Positions 38,083 to 47,223 of a stretch of 64,000 bases of DNA are shown here, one piece after another. The DNA is taken from positions 1 to 64,000 of the IMG/VR virus record IMGVR_UViG_3300028025_002044; one strand, 5' to 3'. The stretch comes from a virus. The notes beneath the pieces are model-generated. The model did not search any database and was not told the origin of the DNA. It saw only the letters and a list, made by a program, of their open reading frames with translations. Each line of letters opens with the position of its first letter. Positions within the stretch are counted from its first letter, which is position 1. A program made the position numbers and the translations under genes.

Positions 38083-39156
38083 CTAAGCCGAAACGTCCTC
38101 GTTAGAAACGATGATTCGGTCGATGGTGTTGTCTGGGTTGAAGTCCTTGTTGCCAGGTACGTTGTACGTGTCTGAGGTCAAACCAGAGATACCCTCTAGG
38201 TCAGCCGAGGTGACTGCAGTGTAACTTCCATCAGCAGCAGGCTCATTGATTGGGTTAGCAACTGTAGCTGTTCCGGTAGGACTTACCGCGGCCGAGACTA
38301 CGTTAGATGCAGTCTTAGCATAGGTAAAGGTTACAGTTGTAGGTACATCAGTTACGGTGTAGGTACCGTTGAAGGTTGCGTCGACACCAGCAACAACGAC
38401 CGAATCACCATCAGTAAAGCCGTGGGCAGCTGAAGTGGTTAGGGTTGCAATGTTGTTCGTAAGAGCCTTGTTAGAAACAGTAGCAACAAGACCGCTGTCC
38501 CAAGTGTAGAAGCCCTTAAGACCAACAGGTGCCCAGTCGGTGCGTGCGTACGAGTATGGACGCTCTGCAGCAACAGGGAACTCCCAGCGCATGTCTGGAC
38601 CTGAAGCAAATAGAGAGTTACCCAAGCCGTAGCCTTCGAAAGTAGTTGCAAGCATACCGTTCTCAATTACACGGTCGCCAGACTGACGGAGCTTTGCGTA
38701 TGGGAATACCCAGTGGAAGTAAGGAAGCGTAGTAGCCTTCTTACCACTGCTAATTGCGTGTGACCAAGCTTCGATAGCAACACCGAAACCAGCTGGGTCG
38801 TCGCCAACACCAGGTGCAGCCCAACCGACGCTCTTGCTTACGCCATTGACATCCTTACGGAGCAATAGACCGCCTGAGATTAGGTTAGATAGCTCTGGGT
38901 CTGGCTCACAGATAGCGAGCTCCATGGTAATACGCTTTAGGGTGTCTGGTGACTTGTAGGTAACACAAACAACGCCGTTAGCGTTCTTTTCGGTGATCTC
39001 GTCGCCCTCTTCATATTCTGGGGTGAACGATACACGCATAAATGCCGACGTGGTGTAGCTGTCGCCAGCACCAGTCAGTAGGTTGCCAGCGGCGTCCAAT
39101 CGGGTGACACGAATCGACACACCCTGGATGCTAGCAGCATAATCTTGAGTAGCCAT
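38083..39156 (-). CDS. major tail (tube) protein with C-terminal beta module
   Basis: RVTRLD, PEYEEGDEITEKNANG..C; highly expressed codon style; AAGGAG RBS. Confidence 0.85.
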   Translation of the reverse strand: MATQDYAASIQGVSIRVTRLDAAGNLLTGAGDSYTTSAFMRVSFTPEYEEGDEITEKNANGVVCVTYKSPDTLKRITMELAICEPDPELSNLISGGLLLRKDVNGVSKSVGWAAPGVGDDPAGFGVAIEAWSHAISSGKKATTLPYFHWVFPYAKLRQSGDRVIENGMLATTFEGYGLGNSLFASGPDMRWEFPVAAERPYSYARTDWAPVGLKGFYTWDSGLVATVSNKALTNNIATLTTSAAHGFTDGDSVVVAGVDATFNGTYTVTDVPTTVTFTYAKTASNVVSAAVSPTGTATVANPINEPAADGSYTAVTSADLEGISGLTSDTYNVPGNKDFNPDNTIDRIIVSNEDVSA

Positions 39157-39175
39157 TTAGCTATTCTCCTTTGGT

Positions 39176-40267
39176 TTAGGCTGTAAGATCGACTCTTACA
39201 GCGAGGTGGATTGATGTATCAAAGTAAACCGCAGCGGGGCGGATTGCTTTGAGACGCATGTCATTCGCATTACCCGACACATCATAAGCTTGCGCTAGAT
39301 TGTCGTTCACGACATCGATATCGCCCAAATAGGTGCGGACGGTACCGGTGGCGTAAATCCATTTTGCAGAGCTGGTTCCCAGCTGCTGAATGTAGCCAGT
39401 AACCGATTCCTGAGAGCGGTTAGTGGCGCTTGCAATAGTAAGTGTTACTGTGTCAGCGTCAACTTTGGTGACGACTGCTGTAGAAGTAGACGACTGGTTG
39501 ATGTTCGCCCCGACGACGGAGTAGCGGACAGTGTCACCTGCAAGCAGGTAGTGGGGGCTAGACGTGTTGATGGTAAGTGTAGTGTTACTGCTAATAGTTG
39601 CAGTAGCGGCATCGATACGAGGACCGTTGCCAGTATAGCCGCCACCAACAACAACAGGTGTACCACCCATAGTTTGTAGGTGGTCTTTTTCGGTTTCGTG
39701 AAATAGCATGTTTGAGTTGCTCGAAAGAAGGGCAACTACGTCGCGAGTTGCGTGAATAACTCCCTGCTCACCAGCATCTGATGCCAGACCAATGCCATTT
39801 TCTAGCACTGCTAGGGCACGCCTTGCTGTAAGCCCTGAACCATCGAGCACGGTGACACCAGAAGAAACTAAAGCTCGGTTAGCGTGACCTTCGCCAATTC
39901 GGATATCTCCATCCCAAAGTTCCTGCTCCATACTGTGCTGAGTAACAGCTTCAAGTTGACGCTTTAAACGAGCGATACGGTCTAAGCCCATAAAACCTAG
40001 GGTTGAACGAAGCTCCTCTGCTTCAATGAACCAAGGCTTAATTTCTGTGTAGTAAGTAGGAGTGCCAGCAACAACTACTTGACCGCTAGTAGAGTCAGTG
40101 TCGTCCCAGTTAGTCGCTGAGTAAAGTGTTGTTTCCCACTCCTGTGAAAACCCACGGACCCACTGGTCTTCGTCGGCTGAGTTTTGAGGCTTTACTACAG
40201 CGAGTAGACCAAAAGCGGAAGGCACAATCTTTGGTGCCTCGATAACGCCATTCTTTGGGAAAGCCAT
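39176..40267 (-). CDS. major capsid pentamer protein (Rosebush-type)
   Basis: P..FGLL.V start, G.IHA, T..GTPVV.G.GY.G.GP, WIYATG; follows the hexamer gene. Confidence 0.7.
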   Translation of the reverse strand: MAFPKNGVIEAPKIVPSAFGLLAVVKPQNSADEDQWVRGFSQEWETTLYSATNWDDTDSTSGQVVVAGTPTYYTEIKPWFIEAEELRSTLGFMGLDRIARLKRQLEAVTQHSMEQELWDGDIRIGEGHANRALVSSGVTVLDGSGLTARRALAVLENGIGLASDAGEQGVIHATRDVVALLSSNSNMLFHETEKDHLQTMGGTPVVVGGGYTGNGPRIDAATATISSNTTLTINTSSPHYLLAGDTVRYSVVGANINQSSTSTAVVTKVDADTVTLTIASATNRSQESVTGYIQQLGTSSAKWIYATGTVRTYLGDIDVVNDNLAQAYDVSGNANDMRLKAIRPAAVYFDTSIHLAVRVDLTA

Positions 40268-40304
40268 TTTAATCCTTAAATGTAAATTCTAAGTTTTGCC
40301 GTAT

Positions 40305-40330
40305 GTAGCGGCCCCCGAAGGGGCCGCCAC
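40305..40330 (-). terminator. UUCG hairpin between hexamer and pentamer capsid genes
   Basis: GTGGCGGCCCC-TTCG-GGGGCCGCTAC on the minus strand; no U-tract. Confidence 0.7.
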
Positions 40331-40349
40331 ACGCGGACTTGAGAGGTTT

Positions 40350-42380
40350 TTAGTCCTCGATTGCAGCTGCGGTTGCGCCACCAGTGGTGTCGCGTAGTGC
40401 TGCGGCAACACCGTTGATGCTCAATGAGCTGGTGATTGCAAGTGACTCGATACCAACCTTGGCAACGTTCTCGAAGGTTTCGATGAACATCTTGTAGTCG
40501 TTGGTGCCGACTAGGGTGCTGTCACGGATGATACCTAGGTCTAGAGTTCCGCCGTCTAGGAACAAGAATGTTCCTTCAGCGAACAAGTACCAGGTAATCT
40601 GGTCTGGGAACTCTAGTAGTCGAGCAGCAGAGCCAGCCTGACCAAGGAACGCATTTAGGTCAAGCGAGCTAACCATGTCAACGTTCGAGCTTGATAGGTA
40701 GCCCTTGATTTCTGCTTCGCCAACACCTAGGGTGCCATCGCCAGGCATGTTTAGAGCTAGGTCTGCTGCCATCGCGTCATAGATCCACGCAGGAACGATT
40801 GCCTTTAGGCGAGTTCCAGCATCGATACGGTGACGTGAACGGTAAGCAACAGCTGCCTTACGAACCTGCACCAAGAAGTCACGAGCAAAACCAATAAGGC
40901 TAGGAGCCTCAGTGGTAGCAACGTGCGCGTTAACAGCGGTCGAACCTGCTGAAATCTTGTCTAGCAAGTTGAGCTCTGCCTCGCGAGCGTGCTGAACAAG
41001 AGCTAGCTCGTTGTGGCGAGCAATCAACTCTGGGTAAGCACGAGTCATCAAGTTACCGAACTGTAGCTGCAAGGTTACAGCGTCAGTAGAAACAGTGTTC
41101 TCCTGTGCTGCAGTAACAGTCATGCTTAGCTTGCTTGATGGTGACGGAGTCTCAGCTGAGTCGTTAGCTGCGGTCCAAACACCAACTGCGTCGCGGTAGT
41201 TGTACGAGTTAGCTGCGGTTGCGTTGTAGGTGAGGAATGAAGGTGGGGTTACAAAGCGGATACCGCCACGGTCTGCCTGGAAGCGAGGCAATGCATCGCG
41301 AACTGGGCGGTCAGTGGTTGAACCGAGGCCGAAGATGTCGTACTTAACTTCAAATGGTGCGCCGTGGCCACCAGAAGCAACAAGTGCCTGGCTTTCCTCG
41401 GCTGCAGCAGTGATCTTAAGTGCGTTTGACTCTGCGTCGGTGGTAAGAGTACGAGACTCTGGGTACTGAACGGTTAGTGATGCAACAATGTGCTGCTCTC
41501 CGTCTCCGCCGTTTACACGACGTAGGGTGTGGAGACGCTTTTCCATTGCTGATGCAACTTCGTTCATGTCGGTTAGGTTTGTGCCAGCTGTGTAACCTGG
41601 GATGTCGGCACCAGCGGTGATTGCCACCTTGACTGCTGGCTCCGAAACTTCGATTACAGGCTGACGGTCAGCTGGGGCCTCGAAAGGCTGTTCTGCTGAA
41701 GCGGTCACGATGGCCTGCTCTTCCTGCTCTTCTGGAGCAATAGTTTCTGATGGGGTTTCTGCCTCAGTAGCTACTTCTTCAGTAACTACCTCTGCGGTTT
41801 CCTCGGCTGAAGCAACAACTGCCTCTTCCTCGGTTGGGGTTGTCTCGGCCACGCTGGCCTCAACTGCGGTTTCGGTCTCAATTGAAAATTCAGAACCTTC
41901 GGCTACAACGGCAGACGCATCTACAGAATCGTCAGAGGAGTAAGACTTGTAGTCTTTCTTTTTCTTCTCCTCGTCCTCTTCACCAGGAACCATGTCTTCA
42001 GAGTCGTCGCCCATTACTGGAGCTTCTTCCTCGTCCATTGGAGTTTCCTCAACTACTGGAACTTCCTCGACTGGAGCTTCCTCTTCCATTGGAACTTCTT
42101 CTTCCATTGGAGATTCTTCCTGGCCATCCATGCCCTTGACACGCATAGCTGCTTCAGCAGCACGAGCAGTAAGCTCTTCTGCAGCAGCTTCGCGACGCTG
42201 GACTTCACCGCGTACGGTGTCCAACATGTCAGCAAGAGATGTCATAGCGTCAACTGTTTCGGCTGTAGGGTCCTGTGATTCAAACGATTCAAACTCGCTT
42301 ACGATAGCCTCCTGAAGCGCAGCAACTTGCTCGTCACCTAGCTCCGCAAGGTTATCTACTTGCGACTTAATCTGATCCAC
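40350..42380 (-). CDS. major capsid hexamer protein with acidic N-terminal scaffold region
   Basis: LVASGG..AP, RPVRDALPRFQADRGGI, LDLGIIRDSTLV.TNDY..F.ETFE; AAGGAGG RBS and GTG start. Confidence 0.85.
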   Translation of the reverse strand: MDQIKSQVDNLAELGDEQVAALQEAIVSEFESFESQDPTAETVDAMTSLADMLDTVRGEVQRREAAAEELTARAAEAAMRVKGMDGQEESPMEEEVPMEEEAPVEEVPVVEETPMDEEEAPVMGDDSEDMVPGEEDEEKKKKDYKSYSSDDSVDASAVVAEGSEFSIETETAVEASVAETTPTEEEAVVASAEETAEVVTEEVATEAETPSETIAPEEQEEQAIVTASAEQPFEAPADRQPVIEVSEPAVKVAITAGADIPGYTAGTNLTDMNEVASAMEKRLHTLRRVNGGDGEQHIVASLTVQYPESRTLTTDAESNALKITAAAEESQALVASGGHGAPFEVKYDIFGLGSTTDRPVRDALPRFQADRGGIRFVTPPSFLTYNATAANSYNYRDAVGVWTAANDSAETPSPSSKLSMTVTAAQENTVSTDAVTLQLQFGNLMTRAYPELIARHNELALVQHAREAELNLLDKISAGSTAVNAHVATTEAPSLIGFARDFLVQVRKAAVAYRSRHRIDAGTRLKAIVPAWIYDAMAADLALNMPGDGTLGVGEAEIKGYLSSSNVDMVSSLDLNAFLGQAGSAARLLEFPDQITWYLFAEGTFLFLDGGTLDLGIIRDSTLVGTNDYKMFIETFENVAKVGIESLAITSSLSINGVAAALRDTTGGATAAAIED

Positions 42381-42514
42381 TGGTCCTCCTTAGGACAGTT
42401 GGTGGGAGGGGTTCTCCCACTTGCTTTCGGTACAAGGCGAAGGGACTTCATGCACAAGGCACACAGGCACTCCACCTGAACTCTATTTTACATTAGTTTT
42501 TATATCTTTATTAT

Positions 42515-45500
42515 TTAGGTAAGTAGACGTAGCATGGTAGCCATCTGAGAAGAGATGTCTGACTGGCTATAAACATCACTGCCTGACATAAATCCCTTTA
42601 GATTGGCTGTAGCCTCTGCCGCGTCTTCCTTACCTATTTTCTCCTCGACCCTTTCGACCATATTTTTCATAAGGTCTCTGAGAGCCGGAGGAAGATCTGA
42701 GAACCTCACCTTTTGAGCTTGGTTGCTAAAAGGTAGAGGTAAGTTAGAAATGACCTTGCCAAGCTCTGCAGCTGTGGCTCGGACATTCTCCAATGAAATT
42801 TTGTTTAGGGACCCTTCGTCAAGTCGGTCTAGTAGGCTTAGTAGGTCCTGACCGGCTTTAGCCGCATCCTGATAGTCTCCAAGACCACTCATCTTCTCAA
42901 CTTCTCGAATCTGGCTGTTTACGTCAGACAGCTCGGCATCGCCAAGGTCTTCTTTTAATCTAGCTAGAACGTCTCGGAAACGACCTTTGATGTCACGCGG
43001 TTGATTTACTCCAGGAATAAACTTGCCAGGTTCTACGTCAATCTTGCCGTTAGCAACATCTTCGATATCCGTTGGCATGTCATCTATTGGAATCTCATCA
43101 ACCGCGAAGGTTTTTCCCAGGGCCTCCTGGAATGCAGCTAATCTATTGCGTAGATCCTCTGCACTTGCGGTAATAGATTCTGACTCTAGGTTCTTCCAGT
43201 TCTCTGGAACTAGGTGACGCTGGTTGAGCTGACGAGCACGCTTCTTGATGTGATTTCTCACAGACTTGCGGTCTTCAGCTTTTGAACGTCCATAAGCTTG
43301 AATAGCGTTCTTTAGGTCGTCTAGGTTTCGAATTGGGTACGAGCCGTCTGGAAGGGCCTTGCCTTCTTCAGCCAACTTGTTCCTGTCGTCGCGAGAGATG
43401 TATCCAAACTCTGACTTAGCTTCGTCAACCTTAGCTTTGAGAGATGCTACCTGAGCCTGAAGGTCTTCCTTAGGGGTAGTGATTTTCTCTAGGCGAGAAA
43501 TTCTAGAAGCCATCTCTGCAATAGGGTCAGCCTTTAGCTTAGCTAGAGTAGATGCACCTGCAGCAACGAGAGCCATGACGGCACCTGATGCAACGCGAGC
43601 ACGAGCAATCGGGAAGCCAGGAACGTTTACCTGACAAACTGCAACAAGCTCAAGGGCCCCACGGATTGGACGCCAGTCACCAGAAGGAGCTGATGCACGA
43701 AGTGCACGAATCTGCTCCGGACGAGCATCTGGACGTAGCGAACCAGCGACCCAAATGCCGTAGGCATCCTCCCCCGCGTGAACATCAGCAATTGCTGAAG
43801 CGGTGTCGTCATAGTGCTTAACGGCTTCCATTGCACTAGCCTCTAGAGAGGCGTGGCCTCCGGCAAGTGTAAGCTGACCAACTGGCATGTCCTTGCCAGT
43901 GTCAGTGCGTACAACACCAGTGTGGAAGTAGGCGTAGTTGCTCTTTGAGCGTGGTGGCTTAGTGCCATATGCCATTCCAATGTGGTCGACGTGCCAAGCT
44001 GCAATGTGACCAAATACTCTACCCATGTCATCAACAGTTAGAGGGGTTGGGCCTTTTAGCTTAGGGTTTTCGAACCACTCGGTAGGCGGTACGACGGGGA
44101 TTGCGCCAGCGACAATACCGCAAGCAACTAGTGCCTGAGCGTCCGCAGCATCCGCGTCGTCAACGTAGACTCCATCTGGAATCATGATTTCCTCCTGGTA
44201 GGTGCTGTTCATTGTTGGGTCGTCGTTTATTAGCGTAATTTTGCACTCTTGGAAAGCAGGCTTTGGTACTATTGTAGCGGCCATTACGCGGGCTTTATTT
44301 ATAGTAAGTTTCTTTTTGCCTATTTCTTTGTCGTCATCTTCAGACGAAGCATCACTAGACTTATCCTCGGTTGCCTCAAACTTGTCCATGTCGGCAGAAA
44401 TGCCGCGAATAAATCCGTTCTTTATAAGACGTTCTACTTCCCTGCCGTATGGCCCATTGTCTAGGACACCATATGCATTTCCAATTCCGTCATTGGTTCT
44501 TTCGACCATGTCGATTCGACCAACTACCACCGAGCCATTGTGCCCGTCGCCAGTTTTAATCTGCCACAAAAGCGGAAGAGGTAGCTCCCTAAGAGTGATA
44601 GAGCCCTTACTAAACTTACGACCATCTCCAGACTCTACGCCTTCAGGAATTAGCAAAGGAATGTAGAACCTAGACCCGCTATTCTCATAGTCAGACGAGG
44701 CTACCATCCCTAGGCGTTCCTTGGCTGATTCAGCTCTAGCGGATAGCTCAGACTTAGCGATAATTACTGACGTGGAGTTTATTAGTTCGGTGCTAAATAC
44801 GTTCCTACCACCGCGACGTTTTCCGTAGCCTTTTCTGTTGTTCTTGTCACCCGTCCACATCCCAGTCATTTCTTTGTGGCGCAGAGCACAGTAGCCTTTA
44901 GCGCGTGGGCCTAGGTACTTAGATAGGTTTCGTACACATCGGGTCCAGTCTCCGCCGGTACCCCAGCGTATCTTAAGTCCGCCTTTACCCGTGGTCCAGT
45001 AGCGGCGCAGCTTCTCTGCGTTTCCTCTATTTCTGTCTGCACCGCCGGCTGCAGTGACAGATAAAACTGATTTGAAAGTCTCCGCTAAAGGGCTATTTTC
45101 GTCAATAGAATCAAAGAATTTATTGCCAAAAGTGTCTATAATTTCTTGGTTAGGTCCCCACAGAACCATCATCAAGTGGTCCAAGCTAAAAATACCAGCT
45201 GCAGTTATAGTAGCGTCGTCCACCTGAGTAAGAACATCATTAAGAACGGTCTTGTCTAGAGGAACTACTGGAGGAGGGGTGGCAGACTTTAGGTCGTTTA
45301 AAGTTACCTCGTCCCTAATCCACTTTCCTTCATCTCTCTTATAAGTCATTGGCTCTGATGAAGTAGAGCTAGCTGGCACTAGCGCAATCAAATCAAGCAC
45401 AGCTCTAGGGTCGTCTTCTGCAACGATAGCCATGTATAGTGGCTGAACGTCAGAAGTTTCTGGCGTCATTTGATAAGCCTTTTTAGCTGCCTTTTTTGTT

Positions 45501-47137
45501 GCAACTGGAGCTGCAACAACCGGGCTAGCCCAGCCTTCTTCATCTTCAGACACCTTCGGCCCGCCCTCAGAAGCTTTCTTCCACCTAGTTATTAGCGGGT
45601 GTTCCGAGTTGTCCTTGATCTTTTTCTTTGACTCTTCTTCAGAGTCATCTGCTTCTCCAGCGGCAGTTAATCCTGCTTCAGCCGCCGCTGCACGCTGTGA
45701 TTGAACCCAGCCGGACCAGTTGTACAACAAGTCATGCAAATCGTTCTTGGTGAGAGACGGCAAAGTGCCAGGAATTCTTGCGTACGGTCTGTCAATAGGA
45801 GTCCTAGGCTCGCCTAAAATACCAGACAGGTCTAGAGGCTTGTCTAAGTCAGAGAAATGTAGGGGTTCCTTAAAATCTTTTTCTTCCACGGTGTCACGAG
45901 CCGGAACTATTTGCTTACTTCCGTCGCTTCCGGTAACCTCTACATTTCCGTTACCAACGTTAGCGTTTGTGATTGTTCCGCGATTGGCGCTGTTGTCCCC
46001 AATAACGACCCTTTGACCCTGCTTAGCGAATCGTCCCAAGGCATTTCTAGTCTGCTTAGTAGCGTTCTGAGAACGCTCTTCTGGGCTATAAACTCCGTCA
46101 TCCGGGTTAACTGCAGCGGCAGTAAGAGTGCTGTCAATCATTTCCCAGTCAATACCGGCAGCCGCAAAGATAGCTAAACCAGCCTCTTCTTTATCGATTT
46201 CTTCGATAGAAATTCGGCTGTAAGGCTTTTGGTGCAGTTTTGCGCAGACGATAATCGCTGAGTCCGGGTCGATTGGTATGTGAGACTTTTTTACCGTGTC
46301 GTATGGGTCGTCTAATGCTTTGTCATAGGTCCAAATGTCTGAGTCTATTTCTGCAAGGTCGTCCCAGCATCCGTCGTCCCAAACGTACACCGACCCGTCT
46401 ATATCAATTTTGTAGACTCGGTCAATGCCAGAGCCGTCCATTCGAACTCTGGCCAAAAACTCTGGAGCCGCAGACGTCCCAACATACATGGCTTTTCTAA
46501 AAGCATCTAAGTCTATGGCTTCGCTAGGGGTATCCTCTAAGATATATCCGCCAGCAGTTCTAGCAGCAGCTTTTTCTTCTCGCTCGACAATAGCTCTAGC
46601 CCAACGCCAGGCGGTGTCTCCACCCCAAAGTGCCCAAGCGATGCGACCGTTAGATGGAAAGTTATCTTCGCCTGGTGACCAGCCCTTGCCCTGCTTGTCC
46701 ACCTCGTGGCGTGGAAAGTATTTTGCGATGTGGCGAACTTTACGGATTCCAATTTGTCCGCCTCGAGCAAGAGTGCGTGCAGTGTTTAGACCTACCGAAG
46801 TTCCGCCCCTGTCGTGCTCTTTTCTCCACTCTAATGCCTTCTTGGCTTCAGACTGCGCACCCTTAGGAATGGTGTACATTCTGTCCCCACCCGAGGAGGT
46901 AATAACATTTACGTTCAAGTCTGAGAGCGATGCTCCAGCTAACTCGTATGCAGAGCTAGGAATCTCGGAGTGGTCTAAGGTAAACCATTCTCTAGAAGAA
47001 GAAAGCTCTTCGAGGTCGCCAGACTCCGTAATAAGGTTACAGTCTAGGTCAAGAACAGCCGCATTATCGCCAACGGCGAATAGCGCAAGAGAGCCATAGC
47101 TACCCATATATTGCGTAGTATTTTCGGCACCACTCAT
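42515..47137 (-). CDS. multidomain capsid maturation protease protein
   Basis: PEGVESGDGR...LPLPLLWQ...H.GSV.VG.ID...GISADMD protease-like region; PxxWF.NP..GRVFGHIA domain; directly upstream of capsid. Start MSGA (47137) preferred over 47170. Confidence 0.8.
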   Translation of the reverse strand: MSGAENTTQYMGSYGSLALFAVGDNAAVLDLDCNLITESGDLEELSSSREWFTLDHSEIPSSAYELAGASLSDLNVNVITSSGGDRMYTIPKGAQSEAKKALEWRKEHDRGGTSVGLNTARTLARGGQIGIRKVRHIAKYFPRHEVDKQGKGWSPGEDNFPSNGRIAWALWGGDTAWRWARAIVEREEKAAARTAGGYILEDTPSEAIDLDAFRKAMYVGTSAAPEFLARVRMDGSGIDRVYKIDIDGSVYVWDDGCWDDLAEIDSDIWTYDKALDDPYDTVKKSHIPIDPDSAIIVCAKLHQKPYSRISIEEIDKEEAGLAIFAAAGIDWEMIDSTLTAAAVNPDDGVYSPEERSQNATKQTRNALGRFAKQGQRVVIGDNSANRGTITNANVGNGNVEVTGSDGSKQIVPARDTVEEKDFKEPLHFSDLDKPLDLSGILGEPRTPIDRPYARIPGTLPSLTKNDLHDLLYNWSGWVQSQRAAAAEAGLTAAGEADDSEEESKKKIKDNSEHPLITRWKKASEGGPKVSEDEEGWASPVVAAPVATKKAAKKAYQMTPETSDVQPLYMAIVAEDDPRAVLDLIALVPASSTSSEPMTYKRDEGKWIRDEVTLNDLKSATPPPVVPLDKTVLNDVLTQVDDATITAAGIFSLDHLMMVLWGPNQEIIDTFGNKFFDSIDENSPLAETFKSVLSVTAAGGADRNRGNAEKLRRYWTTGKGGLKIRWGTGGDWTRCVRNLSKYLGPRAKGYCALRHKEMTGMWTGDKNNRKGYGKRRGGRNVFSTELINSTSVIIAKSELSARAESAKERLGMVASSDYENSGSRFYIPLLIPEGVESGDGRKFSKGSITLRELPLPLLWQIKTGDGHNGSVVVGRIDMVERTNDGIGNAYGVLDNGPYGREVERLIKNGFIRGISADMDKFEATEDKSSDASSEDDDKEIGKKKLTINKARVMAATIVPKPAFQECKITLINDDPTMNSTYQEEIMIPDGVYVDDADAADAQALVACGIVAGAIPVVPPTEWFENPKLKGPTPLTVDDMGRVFGHIAAWHVDHIGMAYGTKPPRSKSNYAYFHTGVVRTDTGKDMPVGQLTLAGGHASLEASAMEAVKHYDDTASAIADVHAGEDAYGIWVAGSLRPDARPEQIRALRASAPSGDWRPIRGALELVAVCQVNVPGFPIARARVASGAVMALVAAGASTLAKLKADPIAEMASRISRLEKITTPKEDLQAQVASLKAKVDEAKSEFGYISRDDRNKLAEEGKALPDGSYPIRNLDDLKNAIQAYGRSKAEDRKSVRNHIKKRARQLNQRHLVPENWKNLESESITASAEDLRNRLAAFQEALGKTFAVDEIPIDDMPTDIEDVANGKIDVEPGKFIPGVNQPRDIKGRFRDVLARLKEDLGDAELSDVNSQIREVEKMSGLGDYQDAAKAGQDLLSLLDRLDEGSLNKISLENVRATAAELGKVISNLPLPFSNQAQKVRFSDLPPALRDLMKNMVERVEEKIGKEDAAEATANLKGFMSGSDVYSQSDISSQMATMLRLLT

Positions 47138-47194
47138 GTCTAGAATCCTCCGATAGCGGCGACAAGCCAATGGCTATTCATATAAACCTAATCT

Positions 47195-47203
47195 ATTGTA
47201 TCA
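47195..47203 (-). promoter_or_regulatory. extended -10 promoter (TGaTACAAT) for the head operon
   Basis: TGnTACAAT in the AT-rich gap between the giant gene and the protease gene. Confidence 0.45.
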
Positions 47204-47223
47204 GTACTAATACTTTTGTTATT

